Source: a virus
Lineage: Duplodnaviria > Caudoviricetes
Virus record (IMG/VR): IMGVR_UViG_3300028396_000009
Location: 1 to 55,615 of that record
Reading direction: 5' to 3' (one strand)
DNA: 55,615 bases
Every line of letters begins with the position of its first letter. The stretch's first letter is position 1. Both the position numbers and the translations under genes were made by a program. The notes under the pieces were generated by a model that searched no databases, was not told the origin of the DNA, and worked only from the letters and a program-made list of their open reading frames with translations. Below are positions 39,601 through 48,585 of this stretch, one piece after another.

Positions 39601-39976
39601 TGTATATAGGTTAAATCGATTAGCTAGTGAAGTGAGGCTTGGTTACGGTATTAGCTCTATACCTGGTGATGTTTCACTACAAAAAATAATCGATGATAAT
39701 TTCGCCGGGGTGTTAAGACCTAATGTTGCAAGATATATTATCTTTATTACAGATACATATTTAGGTACTGCTGGGGTATTTAGATCAGATAACAGAGCTC
39801 GTGTCGATCAAGTAATAGCATCAGCAGTTAATAAGGGTATTAAGATATTTGTAATAGGGCCAGGTGTAAACAGGGATGGTATTTGGCGAGAAATAGCTGA
39901 ATCAACGGGTGGTAGTGTTAATAGTTCCGGTGATGCTACATCAATTATAAACGAGATAACGCAGAGCTGTCAATAA
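36650..39976 (+). CDS. Large virion protein: NHL/beta-propeller-like region, two DUF11/Ig repeats, C-terminal vWA domain
   Basis: 'LFISDKQHNIILKYD' and 'LSRPGAIACNGSDIVVYDSGNYCLKVF' (NHL-like); vWA 'DVVFSIDYTGSM...YIIFITD'; TAATG coupling with previous gene. Confidence 0.7.
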   Translation: MDYTSYKQIYTHGDLYTLSGKPYTGFIQYKDGVVLASGSSSDTLVPNNSYGTSLFASGIFKDRVIKDEGIQLPSSNSECTFGLNETLNYETFKYKLENIRRNITYMYSRMFIASNNLPAANKITYAGLTKIYDQELTTTTLDRNFPSVDNAISFYDSDEFQELANIFDVTTQINYEDSTKFTMFCASSSLFIAITGNNDNLSIVETSSAYETLSSNTQNFGEIGGIASNKDSLFISDKQHNIILKYDIKGFVNNDVALSNKRYLQEVLGGKGSIDRRANLSRPGAIACNGSDIVVYDSGNYCLKVFTVDFDYKTTFSIFRYRPNRRDQEIFRAMAFDPDFGTLYILNSLQNNRLRLYRLNIETQKFDTTEISDILADDEVVNTISFSKVDSNFWYYSTNKQIYKKFKTRPEETIGSFNEGSLINRASITNNEFENRWNYQNVQWLGAGFLWNKEGTSTNVNGSTANAIQSQNFKGFNILLGSDGFDKQIIFTKSRVYFFDEPTTTAYTRVLTKPNYQNYSTGNFSLSPKEYIQVATINAELYKLLQDLFILRDNIVGRFSGRYVNGDIILDSYNYNIDFDDLRAENIEDYFLHHNEENTVGGLNRILNKAYNLQTKLINISNTDTQDEVNLSLAVLPDPPLTEALKITKTTDKPGPYKVGSNITYTVTLSNNTEDPINDITLTDTLCSSLFDIEDPLDVFNTGITLSPRTSTSIYYKYTVTNNDALQTRVSNIATASSPRRGTVAAESTVGALFLEKTLKVKKKTTTQGPYYVGFPISYQVDITNNGDVAAENILLFDNLTSDNNIDVKTYNTDDLIIESDPLKLIQGQGVLQPGESTTVKYKFKPERRGNLTNFATVTSFDDKSFASNEVEITPINCIDGMDVVFSIDYTGSMRNIINSVKNGVKNLTDTLSTLSNDNYRLALNTSDEITTGNASKIYNSNSDWANLPADQKYFQYTGYKRRSRNGYFLLTTWSPLSEDDDAFVYRLNRLASEVRLGYGISSIPGDVSLQKIIDDNFAGVLRPNVARYIIFITDTYLGTAGVFRSDNRARVDQVIASAVNKGIKIFVIGPGVNRDGIWREIAESTGGSVNSSGDATSIINEITQSCQ

Positions 39977-39988
39977 ATAATAACATCA

Positions 39989-42898
39989 ATGAATAGTTTT
40001 AACATTAAAGATCTAAATTTTTCTGTTGTTAATACAGAGCTTTCTGATCAAGAAAGTGTGAGGGATCAAGGTACACCTTTTTCGTTTTTAGATTTTATAC
40101 AATATCTACAAACGGAATATGCTCCCGATAAATATAGCTCGTTGTATACATCGTATTTAAAGCTTTGGTATAAGAGACAAACTGATAGTAAGTCGGATCA
40201 AAAGAAATTATTCAAAGAGTACTATAAACAATTTATTCAGGAAATAATATTAACGTTTACAACTGAAACAGAAAAAAGTTTCCTACAAAAAATAAATTAC
40301 AATGATGCTCATGACTTAGATATTGCGATACCATTTTATGCGAACAAGCTAACCGAAGTTGCTACATTCTATAAAAGTAAACGTGAGGAGGGTAAGTATG
40401 TTATTACTAAAAACAAAATAAAGGGTAGCGTAACAGGTATTGAACGTGCTATTTTCGATAACATTTATAATTATGTAATTAATTCTGAGGACGTACTACT
40501 TACTTATGGTAGCAGTTTATCTTCTATTACACGTGATTTTGGTATTAGCTTACAAGAGTATATAGATGTGTATGGTGATTATTTCGATTTATCTAATGAT
40601 AAAGACGAACAGGCATTACGTAAGCAGCTCTTTAACGATAACTCAATTAAGATAGATACAGATTACTTTTTTGATCCAGATGCTTTAAAGGTACTTAAAA
40701 GTAATTCGTTTATTAGACCTATAAAGAACTTTAAGATAACTCCACCGGAGTTATCACAGCAAGATATTAGCTCTGTTTGTACGCCCGATGATAGCTTTTT
40801 AGATGAACTTAATGACGTTTATACAAAGGGTGGTTTAACACTAGCACAAGTTTATAAGCTCAAAAGACAGTTTATAACAAAATACATATCAAGTGACTTT
40901 TACTATATTGATACAACAGGTACATCACCTGTTTCAGGTTTACTATTTCAAGCTGATACCCCAACTAATAACCTACTAAACATACAATCAAGTGACATTG
41001 CAGCGGTGGCAAGTAATGAGCAAGTAATGTTACGTGATGTTGGCTTATTCTTTAAGCCAGATGATATTGGACTATTTAAATTAAATTCTGTAAAAAGTTC
41101 GTTTGAGCTTGATACGACGGCACTTGAAACAGATAATATCTACATCTTTCCAGACCCAGAGGTCTATGGTAATGTTGGTGTTAACTCACTCAGTTCTTAT
41201 CCTTTCTTATTTACATTTGATTTTAGAGATAACATACGTAATGTAAGTAGTAATGTAGCATACGGTGATCCAAAAATAACTAACAAAAACTTAACCTTCG
41301 AGCCTTATTCGACAAAGCAGCGTGAAACACAAGAATTAAACACTCTAAACAGTCTTGGGTATAATCTTAACTTTTCAGATTTGTATAATAATGGAGTAAT
41401 ACGTAAAATATCGTATGACTGTTTCGGTAATGAGTATGCATTGTTTAAACCTGAAAGACTAGAAGATAGGCAGAGAGTATCACAAGATACTGTTTTAAGT
41501 GTACTTCTAGATGGTCATACATTTTACGATGATGTGTTTAATGAAGGTTTTGATTTTAATTATGACACTGCAGAGTGTAGATTTAAGACTATTAGATCTG
41601 GTTTAGAAACAACAACAAATTCATTTACAAGTTTAGAAACTGAATCTCCTTACTATTTGTTTTTTAGGAATTTTCTGCCATATGAAGATTTAAAGGGTGA
41701 ACGCTCATGTAGTGTTGAAGACTCTGGAGGTTTTGATGAAACACAAGAAGTAGATCAAAAGATTGTTTCGTTTAAGGATGGTGGTGACTTTACTCAGTCA
41801 GATGGTACTGCATTACCAGACCCTGTTAAAACAGATGATCCTAGGTATCCATCATCAGATAACTACTACTACCAGACATTTGTTAATTGTAAGACGTATA
41901 ACGACGACATACGTGATTTTTATGTGTGTGGTAGATTTGCAGATAGATTTAAATACGAGCAACCGACAGATAACACGGCAGATATTCAATTCTTTAATGA
42001 AATTTTTGACGAAAACAAAACAGCATTGCAAGAAAACAACTCTGTATCTAGTGCGAGTACTAATGTAGGTAGGTTGCTTGAAGCTGGAAACTTATATGTA
42101 AAGGATCAAGGAACAGGATTATCACAACCTATTATTAATGCACTTTCTACAACCCTGTCAAAGTATAGTGAAGAAATTATAAATGATATATCTATAAACT
42201 TAATTGATTTTGATATTATAAACGATAGTATCATTTTAGAAACACCTAACACACTTCTTATAGATAAGATTGGGTATAAGGACGGTTCATTTGTAAAACC
42301 AAATACGTCAAATACTTTAGTTTCAGTAAATAGTGCCGATAACCTTAGCGTTTGTTCGAATAGATTATTCATTAATAAGGTAGATACACCCAATAGTGAC
42401 GGTGTTATTTTGTTTGCAGTATTTAAGACTCTTAAAACCGATCTTGCAACCGGTAGCTTATTACCACCAAATTATTGGTACATTTACCCTGAAATATATC
42501 AATATGATATAACAAATAATACTACTGTTAAGATATTTCCTGAGAATGAAAAACAGGCTGATCTAGTAAGTTTTAGAACGAGTTTCGGTACTGTTTCAGC
42601 TAACTTTACACCAGAAAAAATTAAAACACCTAAACTTGCGTATAATAGCATGCACAATAAGGTAAAGCTATCTTATGTACTACTAGATCAAAATAATCTA
42701 ACACACTTACATGATTGTCTTTTTGAGTGGAGATCAGGTGTTTTGACTCTAAATAACGTTACACGTTTTTATGATAAGGAGGTAGTATTACGCACTACAT
42801 CCTTCACACCAAGTACTACGTTTACAACACTTTGCACTTCACCTATTGCTGCATTTACAAATTTCGACATTAATCAAAATCAACTTTGCATATTATGA
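39989..42898 (+). CDS. Large hypothetical virion structural protein
   Basis: 969-aa ORF in the structural block with an AATAAATA box upstream; no domain recognised. Confidence 0.6.
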   Translation: MNSFNIKDLNFSVVNTELSDQESVRDQGTPFSFLDFIQYLQTEYAPDKYSSLYTSYLKLWYKRQTDSKSDQKKLFKEYYKQFIQEIILTFTTETEKSFLQKINYNDAHDLDIAIPFYANKLTEVATFYKSKREEGKYVITKNKIKGSVTGIERAIFDNIYNYVINSEDVLLTYGSSLSSITRDFGISLQEYIDVYGDYFDLSNDKDEQALRKQLFNDNSIKIDTDYFFDPDALKVLKSNSFIRPIKNFKITPPELSQQDISSVCTPDDSFLDELNDVYTKGGLTLAQVYKLKRQFITKYISSDFYYIDTTGTSPVSGLLFQADTPTNNLLNIQSSDIAAVASNEQVMLRDVGLFFKPDDIGLFKLNSVKSSFELDTTALETDNIYIFPDPEVYGNVGVNSLSSYPFLFTFDFRDNIRNVSSNVAYGDPKITNKNLTFEPYSTKQRETQELNTLNSLGYNLNFSDLYNNGVIRKISYDCFGNEYALFKPERLEDRQRVSQDTVLSVLLDGHTFYDDVFNEGFDFNYDTAECRFKTIRSGLETTTNSFTSLETESPYYLFFRNFLPYEDLKGERSCSVEDSGGFDETQEVDQKIVSFKDGGDFTQSDGTALPDPVKTDDPRYPSSDNYYYQTFVNCKTYNDDIRDFYVCGRFADRFKYEQPTDNTADIQFFNEIFDENKTALQENNSVSSASTNVGRLLEAGNLYVKDQGTGLSQPIINALSTTLSKYSEEIINDISINLIDFDIINDSIILETPNTLLIDKIGYKDGSFVKPNTSNTLVSVNSADNLSVCSNRLFINKVDTPNSDGVILFAVFKTLKTDLATGSLLPPNYWYIYPEIYQYDITNNTTVKIFPENEKQADLVSFRTSFGTVSANFTPEKIKTPKLAYNSMHNKVKLSYVLLDQNNLTHLHDCLFEWRSGVLTLNNVTRFYDKEVVLRTTSFTPSTTFTTLCTSPIAAFTNFDINQNQLCIL

Positions 42899-43650
42899 GC
42901 AATATTATTTCTATAGCGTTAGATTCATCTCAGCCTAACCAAACAATATATAACGATCCAATAACTTATAAAGGGTCGACGGATGTTGAGTTTGACTTGT
43001 CCAAAATATCAGAAAAGAAAAGCTCAGCTCTTAACATTACAATTGACTGGGGTGATAGTGAGATACGTGAATATTATTCAAAAGCTGTAGCAGCAACTGC
43101 TTCTGAGCAGTCTATATTTAGAGAGGTAACTGAAGGCTTATTAGGTGGTAGTATTTTAAATAAATATAAACATATTTATGCACCTACAGAGACTCACATT
43201 AATGAGTTATCAGCGCAGGTTTTAATTAATTTTGACGATGGTAACTATACATTAATTGTTCAACCTCTAATACTAGTACAAGAATCATATTACGATAACA
43301 TAAAGGAGTTTTTAATTAGCAGTTTGAGTGTTCATGATGAGTCTTACGGTTCTGTAATTAACCTACAAAGTAAATATACCGAACAAACATGGCCTGTTGT
43401 TATAGGCTCTAACATACTTAAACCACCAGAACTATCAGAGGATGTTATATTCCCTTATGATATTGAGTTTGGTGAAACAATCGCTGGAGGTGGTGGCACT
43501 GGAGGCGGTGGCACTGGTAGTGGTATTGACGATACTGGTAGTACAATACCACCAGTTAGCTTACCCTATGATATAACTAACACAATACCCTATGATATAT
43601 CTAACGTACCACAGTCAGTGTTTATTGACCCTTTAGGTTTTAATTTATAG
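42895..43650 (+). CDS. Hypothetical structural protein with PKD-like motif
   Basis: 'IDWGD...HIY'; ATG 42895 overlaps the previous stop (ATGA); Gly-rich C-terminal linker. Confidence 0.55.
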   Translation: MSNIISIALDSSQPNQTIYNDPITYKGSTDVEFDLSKISEKKSSALNITIDWGDSEIREYYSKAVAATASEQSIFREVTEGLLGGSILNKYKHIYAPTETHINELSAQVLINFDDGNYTLIVQPLILVQESYYDNIKEFLISSLSVHDESYGSVINLQSKYTEQTWPVVIGSNILKPPELSEDVIFPYDIEFGETIAGGGGTGGGGTGSGIDDTGSTIPPVSLPYDITNTIPYDISNVPQSVFIDPLGFNL

Positions 43651-43887
43651 GTTACCGAGCTTAACCTCTGTCTCTATATCATGTTTCATAGCTGGGAACC
43701 GTTCTTTAATATATTTCTCAAAAGCTAATGGTTTAACCCACGAACCATCACTCTGAGGAACACCTGCTTCTTCAAGCTTTTCACTAACCTTTTCAATACC
43801 TTCAAGCAAGCACGCCCAACGTACAAACTCTTCTAATTGCATTACCTTTTTAGTTCCGTCTTTTAAGTTAAACTCGAATGTTTTCAT
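43645..43887 (-). CDS. Hypothetical protein (80 aa)
   Basis: ATG start, plausible composition, TATAAT just upstream. Confidence 0.65.
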   Translation of the reverse strand: MKTFEFNLKDGTKKVMQLEEFVRWACLLEGIEKVSEKLEEAGVPQSDGSWVKPLAFEKYIKERFPAMKHDIETEVKLGNL

Positions 43888-43908
43888 ATTTATTATACTA
43901 TGATTATA

Positions 43909-44319
43909 TCAACGTTCCTTTTGTTGTAGTAACTCATCAAATGTCTTGTTAATACTGTTAACAGGTTCAGTAAGTAAAGTTGGTGTAATCGTAATATCAG
44001 CTTTAAATTTATTACCACAAACACTACAATCAAACACATTTTCGATTGAAGCAAATAACGACGCTTCGAATTTGTTTTTACCACAAGGGCATTCAATATT
44101 AACTAAACTCATATCTAACAACTCATCAACTTCAGCCTGGTACATATCTGTTAGTTGTTGTTCCTTGGATATCTTTTTTGAAGATAGTGAAAACGCCAAA
44201 ATAATTTGAATAGCGTAGGAAAGAGAGAACATCTCCCAAAACCCAATGATATTTCTTAACCCGTACGCAAATAAAGTAGATAGTGCGGCAGTAATAAATA
44301 ACGATTTTAATATAATCAT
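43909..44319 (-). CDS. Membrane protein with putative Zn ribbon
   Basis: Two N-terminal hydrophobic segments, then CPC...CSVC; ATGA overlap with the upstream gene. Confidence 0.65.
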   Translation of the reverse strand: MIILKSLFITAALSTLFAYGLRNIIGFWEMFSLSYAIQIILAFSLSSKKISKEQQLTDMYQAEVDELLDMSLVNIECPCGKNKFEASLFASIENVFDCSVCGNKFKADITITPTLLTEPVNSINKTFDELLQQKER

Positions 44320-44645
44320 ATACCTATTTTAGCTAGATCATTAGGAATATCAAGCACTATTTTATTAATATCATCTATCTTATTCTTAATAACATCTAAA
44401 GCATGGTGATTTATTTCACTGTTTTGCTCTGCGTGCTTAACCATATTTCTTACAGTAGTTAGAGATACAAACGTATCACCTAATATTTTTTCAATACCAT
44501 CTAATTCATGTGGTAGCTTTAGTCCAGCTTTCTGGTTTATCTCTTCGTGTTTATACATAGATAATTGATCATCGACAGCTCCCTGACTATATTTGATATT
44601 TTTATCATTAAAACCTGTACCATATGGATAATAACCGTTATTCAT
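44316..44645 (-). CDS. Hypothetical protein (109 aa)
   Basis: Helical ORF with TAAATA box 9 nt upstream. Confidence 0.6.
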   Translation of the reverse strand: MNNGYYPYGTGFNDKNIKYSQGAVDDQLSMYKHEEINQKAGLKLPHELDGIEKILGDTFVSLTTVRNMVKHAEQNSEINHHALDVIKNKIDDINKIVLDIPNDLAKIGI

Positions 44646-44654
44646 GCTATAAAA

Positions 44655-44675
44655 TATTTAAGCAGAGCATAAATA
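44655..44675. promoter_or_regulatory. Back-to-back divergent late-type promoters
   Basis: Minus-strand TAAATA at 44655-44660 and plus-strand CATAAATA at 44668-44675. Confidence 0.6.
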
Positions 44676-44680
44676 ATATT

Positions 44681-45115
44681 ATGACAAAGTTTGAAAAAAG
44701 GTTCTTTAGTGTGTTATCAGAAGCTGATGGTGAAAATCCTGACTTAGAGGCAATGGAGGCAACATTAGATGATGATGTTAGTGCAGATGAATTTGGTGCT
44801 GAAACTCCTGATGTTAGTGACGTTGATAGTTCAGCCATGGCTGCAGCTCAGGCTACTAGCGATCTTGCAGCTAAGATGCAACAAGAGCTTGAAGGTTGGG
44901 TGAGTGAGATGGATGGTTTCCTTCATAAGCTTAACGGACAAGAAGGTTCTATTCAAAGTGTTCTAGCAAATGCTGAAGCTGACACCATTTTTGATCGTAT
45001 GAAGCAATCTGAGCAACGTAAAATTACGCGTGTTGCTACAGAACTTGCATCCTTAACTGAGTCATTTAGAGGTTATCTTGCACAAACTGATAACCCTCAA
45101 TTCAGAGGTGTATAG
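44681..45115 (+). CDS. Acidic hypothetical late protein, possible head/prohead core protein
   Basis: Start at ATG 44681, 5 nt after CATAAATA; N-term 'MTKFEKRFFSVLSE'. Confidence 0.65.
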   Translation: MTKFEKRFFSVLSEADGENPDLEAMEATLDDDVSADEFGAETPDVSDVDSSAMAAAQATSDLAAKMQQELEGWVSEMDGFLHKLNGQEGSIQSVLANAEADTIFDRMKQSEQRKITRVATELASLTESFRGYLAQTDNPQFRGV

Positions 45116-46154
45116 TAGACTGATACTGTTTAATTTCAGATAACTTTATAATACCCTTGAGACCCTCAAGGGTATTTTTTTGGATAAATTCATGCTTTAT
45201 CTCATCTACCTTACAAGCCATTGCAATATCATTAAAGTCTTTAAACTTCTTACCAAACTTCTCAGGCCATATAAACACCTTCTCTCCTTGTTTAAGCAGC
45301 GCCTCAGACTTTATTAATGATGCTCTATCAACCCACTGAGAATCAAGTATCCACACAGTATCATAGAATCTCAGGGTTGTATCTAACTGCTGTTGTTGTC
45401 TAGCAGTAAATGATCTACCATTCTCAGTAATACCTGCGACAGCTACTGAGTTCTTAGTGAAAAAGGCATTAATAGGACCTTCAAATATATAGACTGTATC
45501 ATAATCACCTGTTACCTTATCAATATTGAACAACGTCTTTTCGCTATTTACCTTACCTAAGTACTTAGGCTTTGTCTTATTATCACGTGTTAATACAGTT
45601 CTTGTCTGGTAGAACTCAATCTGATGATTCTCATTAACGAAAGGTATAACCAACCTATTTTTATGGACATTATCAACAAGAGAAAAATATAAGTTAGTTG
45701 GTCTATTTACTGCCGTATCTAATCTACGATGCTTAATTAAACCAAGTGCGGAACGTACATTATCATTATTTTTATAAAAGTTTACTTGCGATACATCAGA
45801 TAAGTTAATACTATCTTTAGGTAGAGTCTCAACATTAACTAATTTTACCTCTTCGTCTTGCTTTAAAACATCATCTACATCTGGTGTATAGTCTTTAAGT
45901 TCCTTAATTATTTGAGTATCAGATACATTAGCAACTTCCTTAATCCAACGCATTGGTTTTCCAGACCAGCCGCAGTTATGACAAAATATATTATCGTTTT
46001 TAGGTACATAATAACACCTACGCTTCTTATTAAGTGACTTACCCTCTCTACATAACGGGCAACCACACTGATATACATTATTAAACTTGTTATAGATAGG
46101 TCTATAACCAAGCTCATAAAATTTTATTACTACATAGTCTTCAGGTAGCTTCAT
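45102..46154 (-). CDS. gp61: DNA primase
   Basis: Zn finger CPLC...CHNC, 'RLVIPF', TOPRIM 'YIFEGPINA', 'KDFND'. Confidence 0.92.
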   Translation of the reverse strand: MKLPEDYVVIKFYELGYRPIYNKFNNVYQCGCPLCREGKSLNKKRRCYYVPKNDNIFCHNCGWSGKPMRWIKEVANVSDTQIIKELKDYTPDVDDVLKQDEEVKLVNVETLPKDSINLSDVSQVNFYKNNDNVRSALGLIKHRRLDTAVNRPTNLYFSLVDNVHKNRLVIPFVNENHQIEFYQTRTVLTRDNKTKPKYLGKVNSEKTLFNIDKVTGDYDTVYIFEGPINAFFTKNSVAVAGITENGRSFTARQQQQLDTTLRFYDTVWILDSQWVDRASLIKSEALLKQGEKVFIWPEKFGKKFKDFNDIAMACKVDEIKHEFIQKNTLEGLKGIIKLSEIKQYQSTIHL

Positions 46155-47011
46155 CCTAATATCGATTGTAGCTTATTACCTAACAAAAACAAGGTATGCC
46201 ATGATTCTTGCTTATTAAGAATCCGATGAAAGTCTCGCTGCTTACATTCTTCAATAAAGGAACTCCAATTAGAAACAACAGGCACATCTAACTGATCCTG
46301 ATAGTATTTACTTTCTTCACGCATCTCGTCGATCTTATCGAGTGAGAAGAGTGAGAAGTTAGTATCAAATGTTTGTTGTTGTTCCTCATTAAGTGTTATT
46401 TCACCCGCTAGATACTTTTGTACACGAACTTTACCAAACCCTGGTATACCAGGGACATTATCTGACTTATCACCCTTAAGACACTTAGCAGTCATCCAGT
46501 CATCATGTGTATTACCTGTCATCTCCTCGAACTTATCATAGGTAAATTCTTTCTTACGTATAGGGTCAAATAGAAATGTTTCTTTATTGACTAACTGTAG
46601 AAAGTCCTGATCAACCGACACAATTACTTTACTACCTAGAGTATTTTTACATATATAAGCAACAATATCATCTGCTTCAAGCTCTCTAGGAAATATAGAA
46701 GGAACACCTAAATAAGATAACATTGTTTTGATAGTATCATTATTTTCATGAGGAGTACTATCCTTTGTTCTATTACCTTTATAACCAGCAAACTCAGTCT
46801 TACGAGTATTAACCTGATAATCTAACTTCTCATCCCAAACAGTTATAGTCTTATCAGGCTTATACTTGTTTACATAAGAGTATATAGCATTGAGAGTAAA
46901 GTAAATATGTAAATTAGTTAGATTTACGTCTGCATTTCGACCAGCTTGGTTCTTTGCAGTCCACCAAGTTCTATGCACAAGATTGTTTCCATCAATTATT
47001 AGAGTCTTCAT
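46151..47011 (-). CDS. rnh: 5'-3' exonuclease / T4-type RNase H
   Basis: 'LIIDGNN', 'YKGNR', 'EADD', 'SVDQDFLQL', 'GDKSDNVPGIPGFG'; start placed at MKTLIIDG (47011). Confidence 0.92.
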   Translation of the reverse strand: MKTLIIDGNNLVHRTWWTAKNQAGRNADVNLTNLHIYFTLNAIYSYVNKYKPDKTITVWDEKLDYQVNTRKTEFAGYKGNRTKDSTPHENNDTIKTMLSYLGVPSIFPRELEADDIVAYICKNTLGSKVIVSVDQDFLQLVNKETFLFDPIRKKEFTYDKFEEMTGNTHDDWMTAKCLKGDKSDNVPGIPGFGKVRVQKYLAGEITLNEEQQQTFDTNFSLFSLDKIDEMREESKYYQDQLDVPVVSNWSSFIEECKQRDFHRILNKQESWHTLFLLGNKLQSILG

Positions 47012-47255
47012 TTTTATAGTATTGAGCTTTAGAGACCTTATACACATTACGTGGTAGTTTCTCTGATAATGTAATTATACCAGTGTTCCTTCCGTGTTCA
47101 AATGAATCTTTTGGAACTTTAGTATTTTCCATATCTGGTAATCTAAGACAACCAACAAACTCGTCTGTTATTTCTATAATAACAAACATCCGACCGACAA
47201 AATCACCGGTCTCAATACCATAAATTTCACCTTTTTTATATGAGGTCTTTACCAT
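46992..47255 (-). CDS. Hypothetical protein (possible small beta-barrel)
   Basis: 87-aa ORF overlapping both neighbours in operon fashion. Confidence 0.6.
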   Translation of the reverse strand: MVKTSYKKGEIYGIETGDFVGRMFVIIEITDEFVGCLRLPDMENTKVPKDSFEHGRNTGIITLSEKLPRNVYKVSKAQYYKNEDSNN

Positions 47256-47538
47256 CTATTACTTTATAACCTGTTCTTTGATAAAAGTACTTTAAAATTA
47301 AAGTATCTAAAGCATCATTTTGTTGCGGCTTTGTCGATCCTTGAAACGATATAGGTTTACCTTCAAAATCATACCCAACTACTATAAAGCTATCAAGAAA
47401 CTCCGCCATGACTGCACATAACGTATCAGCGAGTTCTTGATGGTCTTTATATTCCTTCTTATCTTCTATATTTACTTTTAACGCCTCTTCTATAAGATTA
47501 CGCAAAGCATCATCATTATTATCACTATCTTTACTCAT
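47236..47538 (-). CDS. Hypothetical protein
   Basis: Acidic ORF; TATAAATA at 47545-47552 (minus strand), 6 nt before ATG 47538. Confidence 0.6.
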   Translation of the reverse strand: MSKDSDNNDDALRNLIEEALKVNIEDKKEYKDHQELADTLCAVMAEFLDSFIVVGYDFEGKPISFQGSTKPQQNDALDTLILKYFYQRTGYKVIDGKDLI

Positions 47539-47869
47539 CACCTTTATTTATATCTACTCGGGTAGATACACCACAATCAAGCAACTTTCTAACTACTACC
47601 TCAATAGAGTCTGTTTTGAGGCTATAGCCTTTTTTGAAGTATTGATTACCGTCATCAAATTCAAATAAATACTCACCCTTAAATGGCTTATTTTCAAAGC
47701 ACGTAATAAACACAGACGAGTTACCGGGATCGACTAAAATTGACCACTTTCTCGGATCTGCCGCACTATAATTATTAAACACTCTTACTGTTTCGAAGTT
47801 ACTATCACGTAATCTTTTGATAAAATAACCGGCTGTCTTTAGTTTGTTTTTTGTATGTCTATTAATCAT
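47531..47869 (-). CDS. Hypothetical protein
   Basis: 112 aa; ATGA-coupled to the clamp gene. Confidence 0.65.
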   Translation of the reverse strand: MINRHTKNKLKTAGYFIKRLRDSNFETVRVFNNYSAADPRKWSILVDPGNSSVFITCFENKPFKGEYLFEFDDGNQYFKKGYSLKTDSIEVVVRKLLDCGVSTRVDINKGDE

Positions 47870-48585
47870 TGCGTTAAGGAAGAAATTATATACTTTAATT
47901 TAATACAGTCTGTATCATTATCAATAACAACAACACCATATTCTGTATTAATATTACATTTATACTCGCTACTTACTGCAGAGAGTAATCTAATATTATC
48001 AAAGTTAACAGGAGTGGACTTTAGCTCAGTATCACTACTACCTACAGTTATAGAATAATTATCTGTGTTATGTCTAGACTTATCTGTAAGATCAGCTTTT
48101 ACTGAGCCATCTTCTGTGTAGAAATATACTTTATTAGTCTCAGAGGCAAACGTACTACCTTTTAGAAGCGATTGTACGATTTCTCTATTAAACTCGAAGT
48201 TAACATCAAACTTAAAGCTTCTAATTTTATCTACGTTAAGTCCAGGTTTAGTTAAAAAGCCTTCTTCAAATAAGTGATATTTAAACTTAACGTCACTACC
48301 TCGATACTCAAGATTATTAGAGTTGATAGTAAGTATCACCTCATCATCATGTAGTGTATCAATTACTCTTTGAAACTTCTTAATATCTGGTACATTAATA
48401 GTAGTAGTTATATCAAAGTCCGACTTAAACTCAGATAACAATACAAGTGTATTATCAATAGACGAAACCAAACAGCTCATACCACTTGGAGTTATTTCAA
48501 AAATAGCGCTATCGTTTATTCTTGAAACAGAATCCAAATATCTTAGAAATTCACTGCGGTTTTTTATTTTTAGCTCTCTTGGCAT
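47866..48585 (-). CDS. gp45: Sliding clamp (PCNA/gp45-like)
   Basis: 239 aa with two-domain helix/strand repeat; 'KFKYHL' mid-motif; C-term 'LKYIIS'; in the replication operon. Confidence 0.7.
   Translation of the reverse strand: MPRELKIKNRSEFLRYLDSVSRINDSAIFEITPSGMSCLVSSIDNTLVLLSEFKSDFDITTTINVPDIKKFQRVIDTLHDDEVILTINSNNLEYRGSDVKFKYHLFEEGFLTKPGLNVDKIRSFKFDVNFEFNREIVQSLLKGSTFASETNKVYFYTEDGSVKADLTDKSRHNTDNYSITVGSSDTELKSTPVNFDNIRLLSAVSSEYKCNINTEYGVVVIDNDTDCIKLKYIISSLTQ

Noticed and set aside
33045-43600. Short tandem duplications (ACAGCGTTA near 33045, GTGTCAAGAATG near 39348, PYDI-coding repeat near 43564)
   Set aside because: Only about two copies each, in frame, and of a size expected by chance or local slippage.
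44624-44680. ORF-track start at 44624 (similarly 27385, 42886, 14300, 47047)
   Set aside because: Downstream ATGs fit the promoter spacing, stop-start overlap or family N-terminus better.
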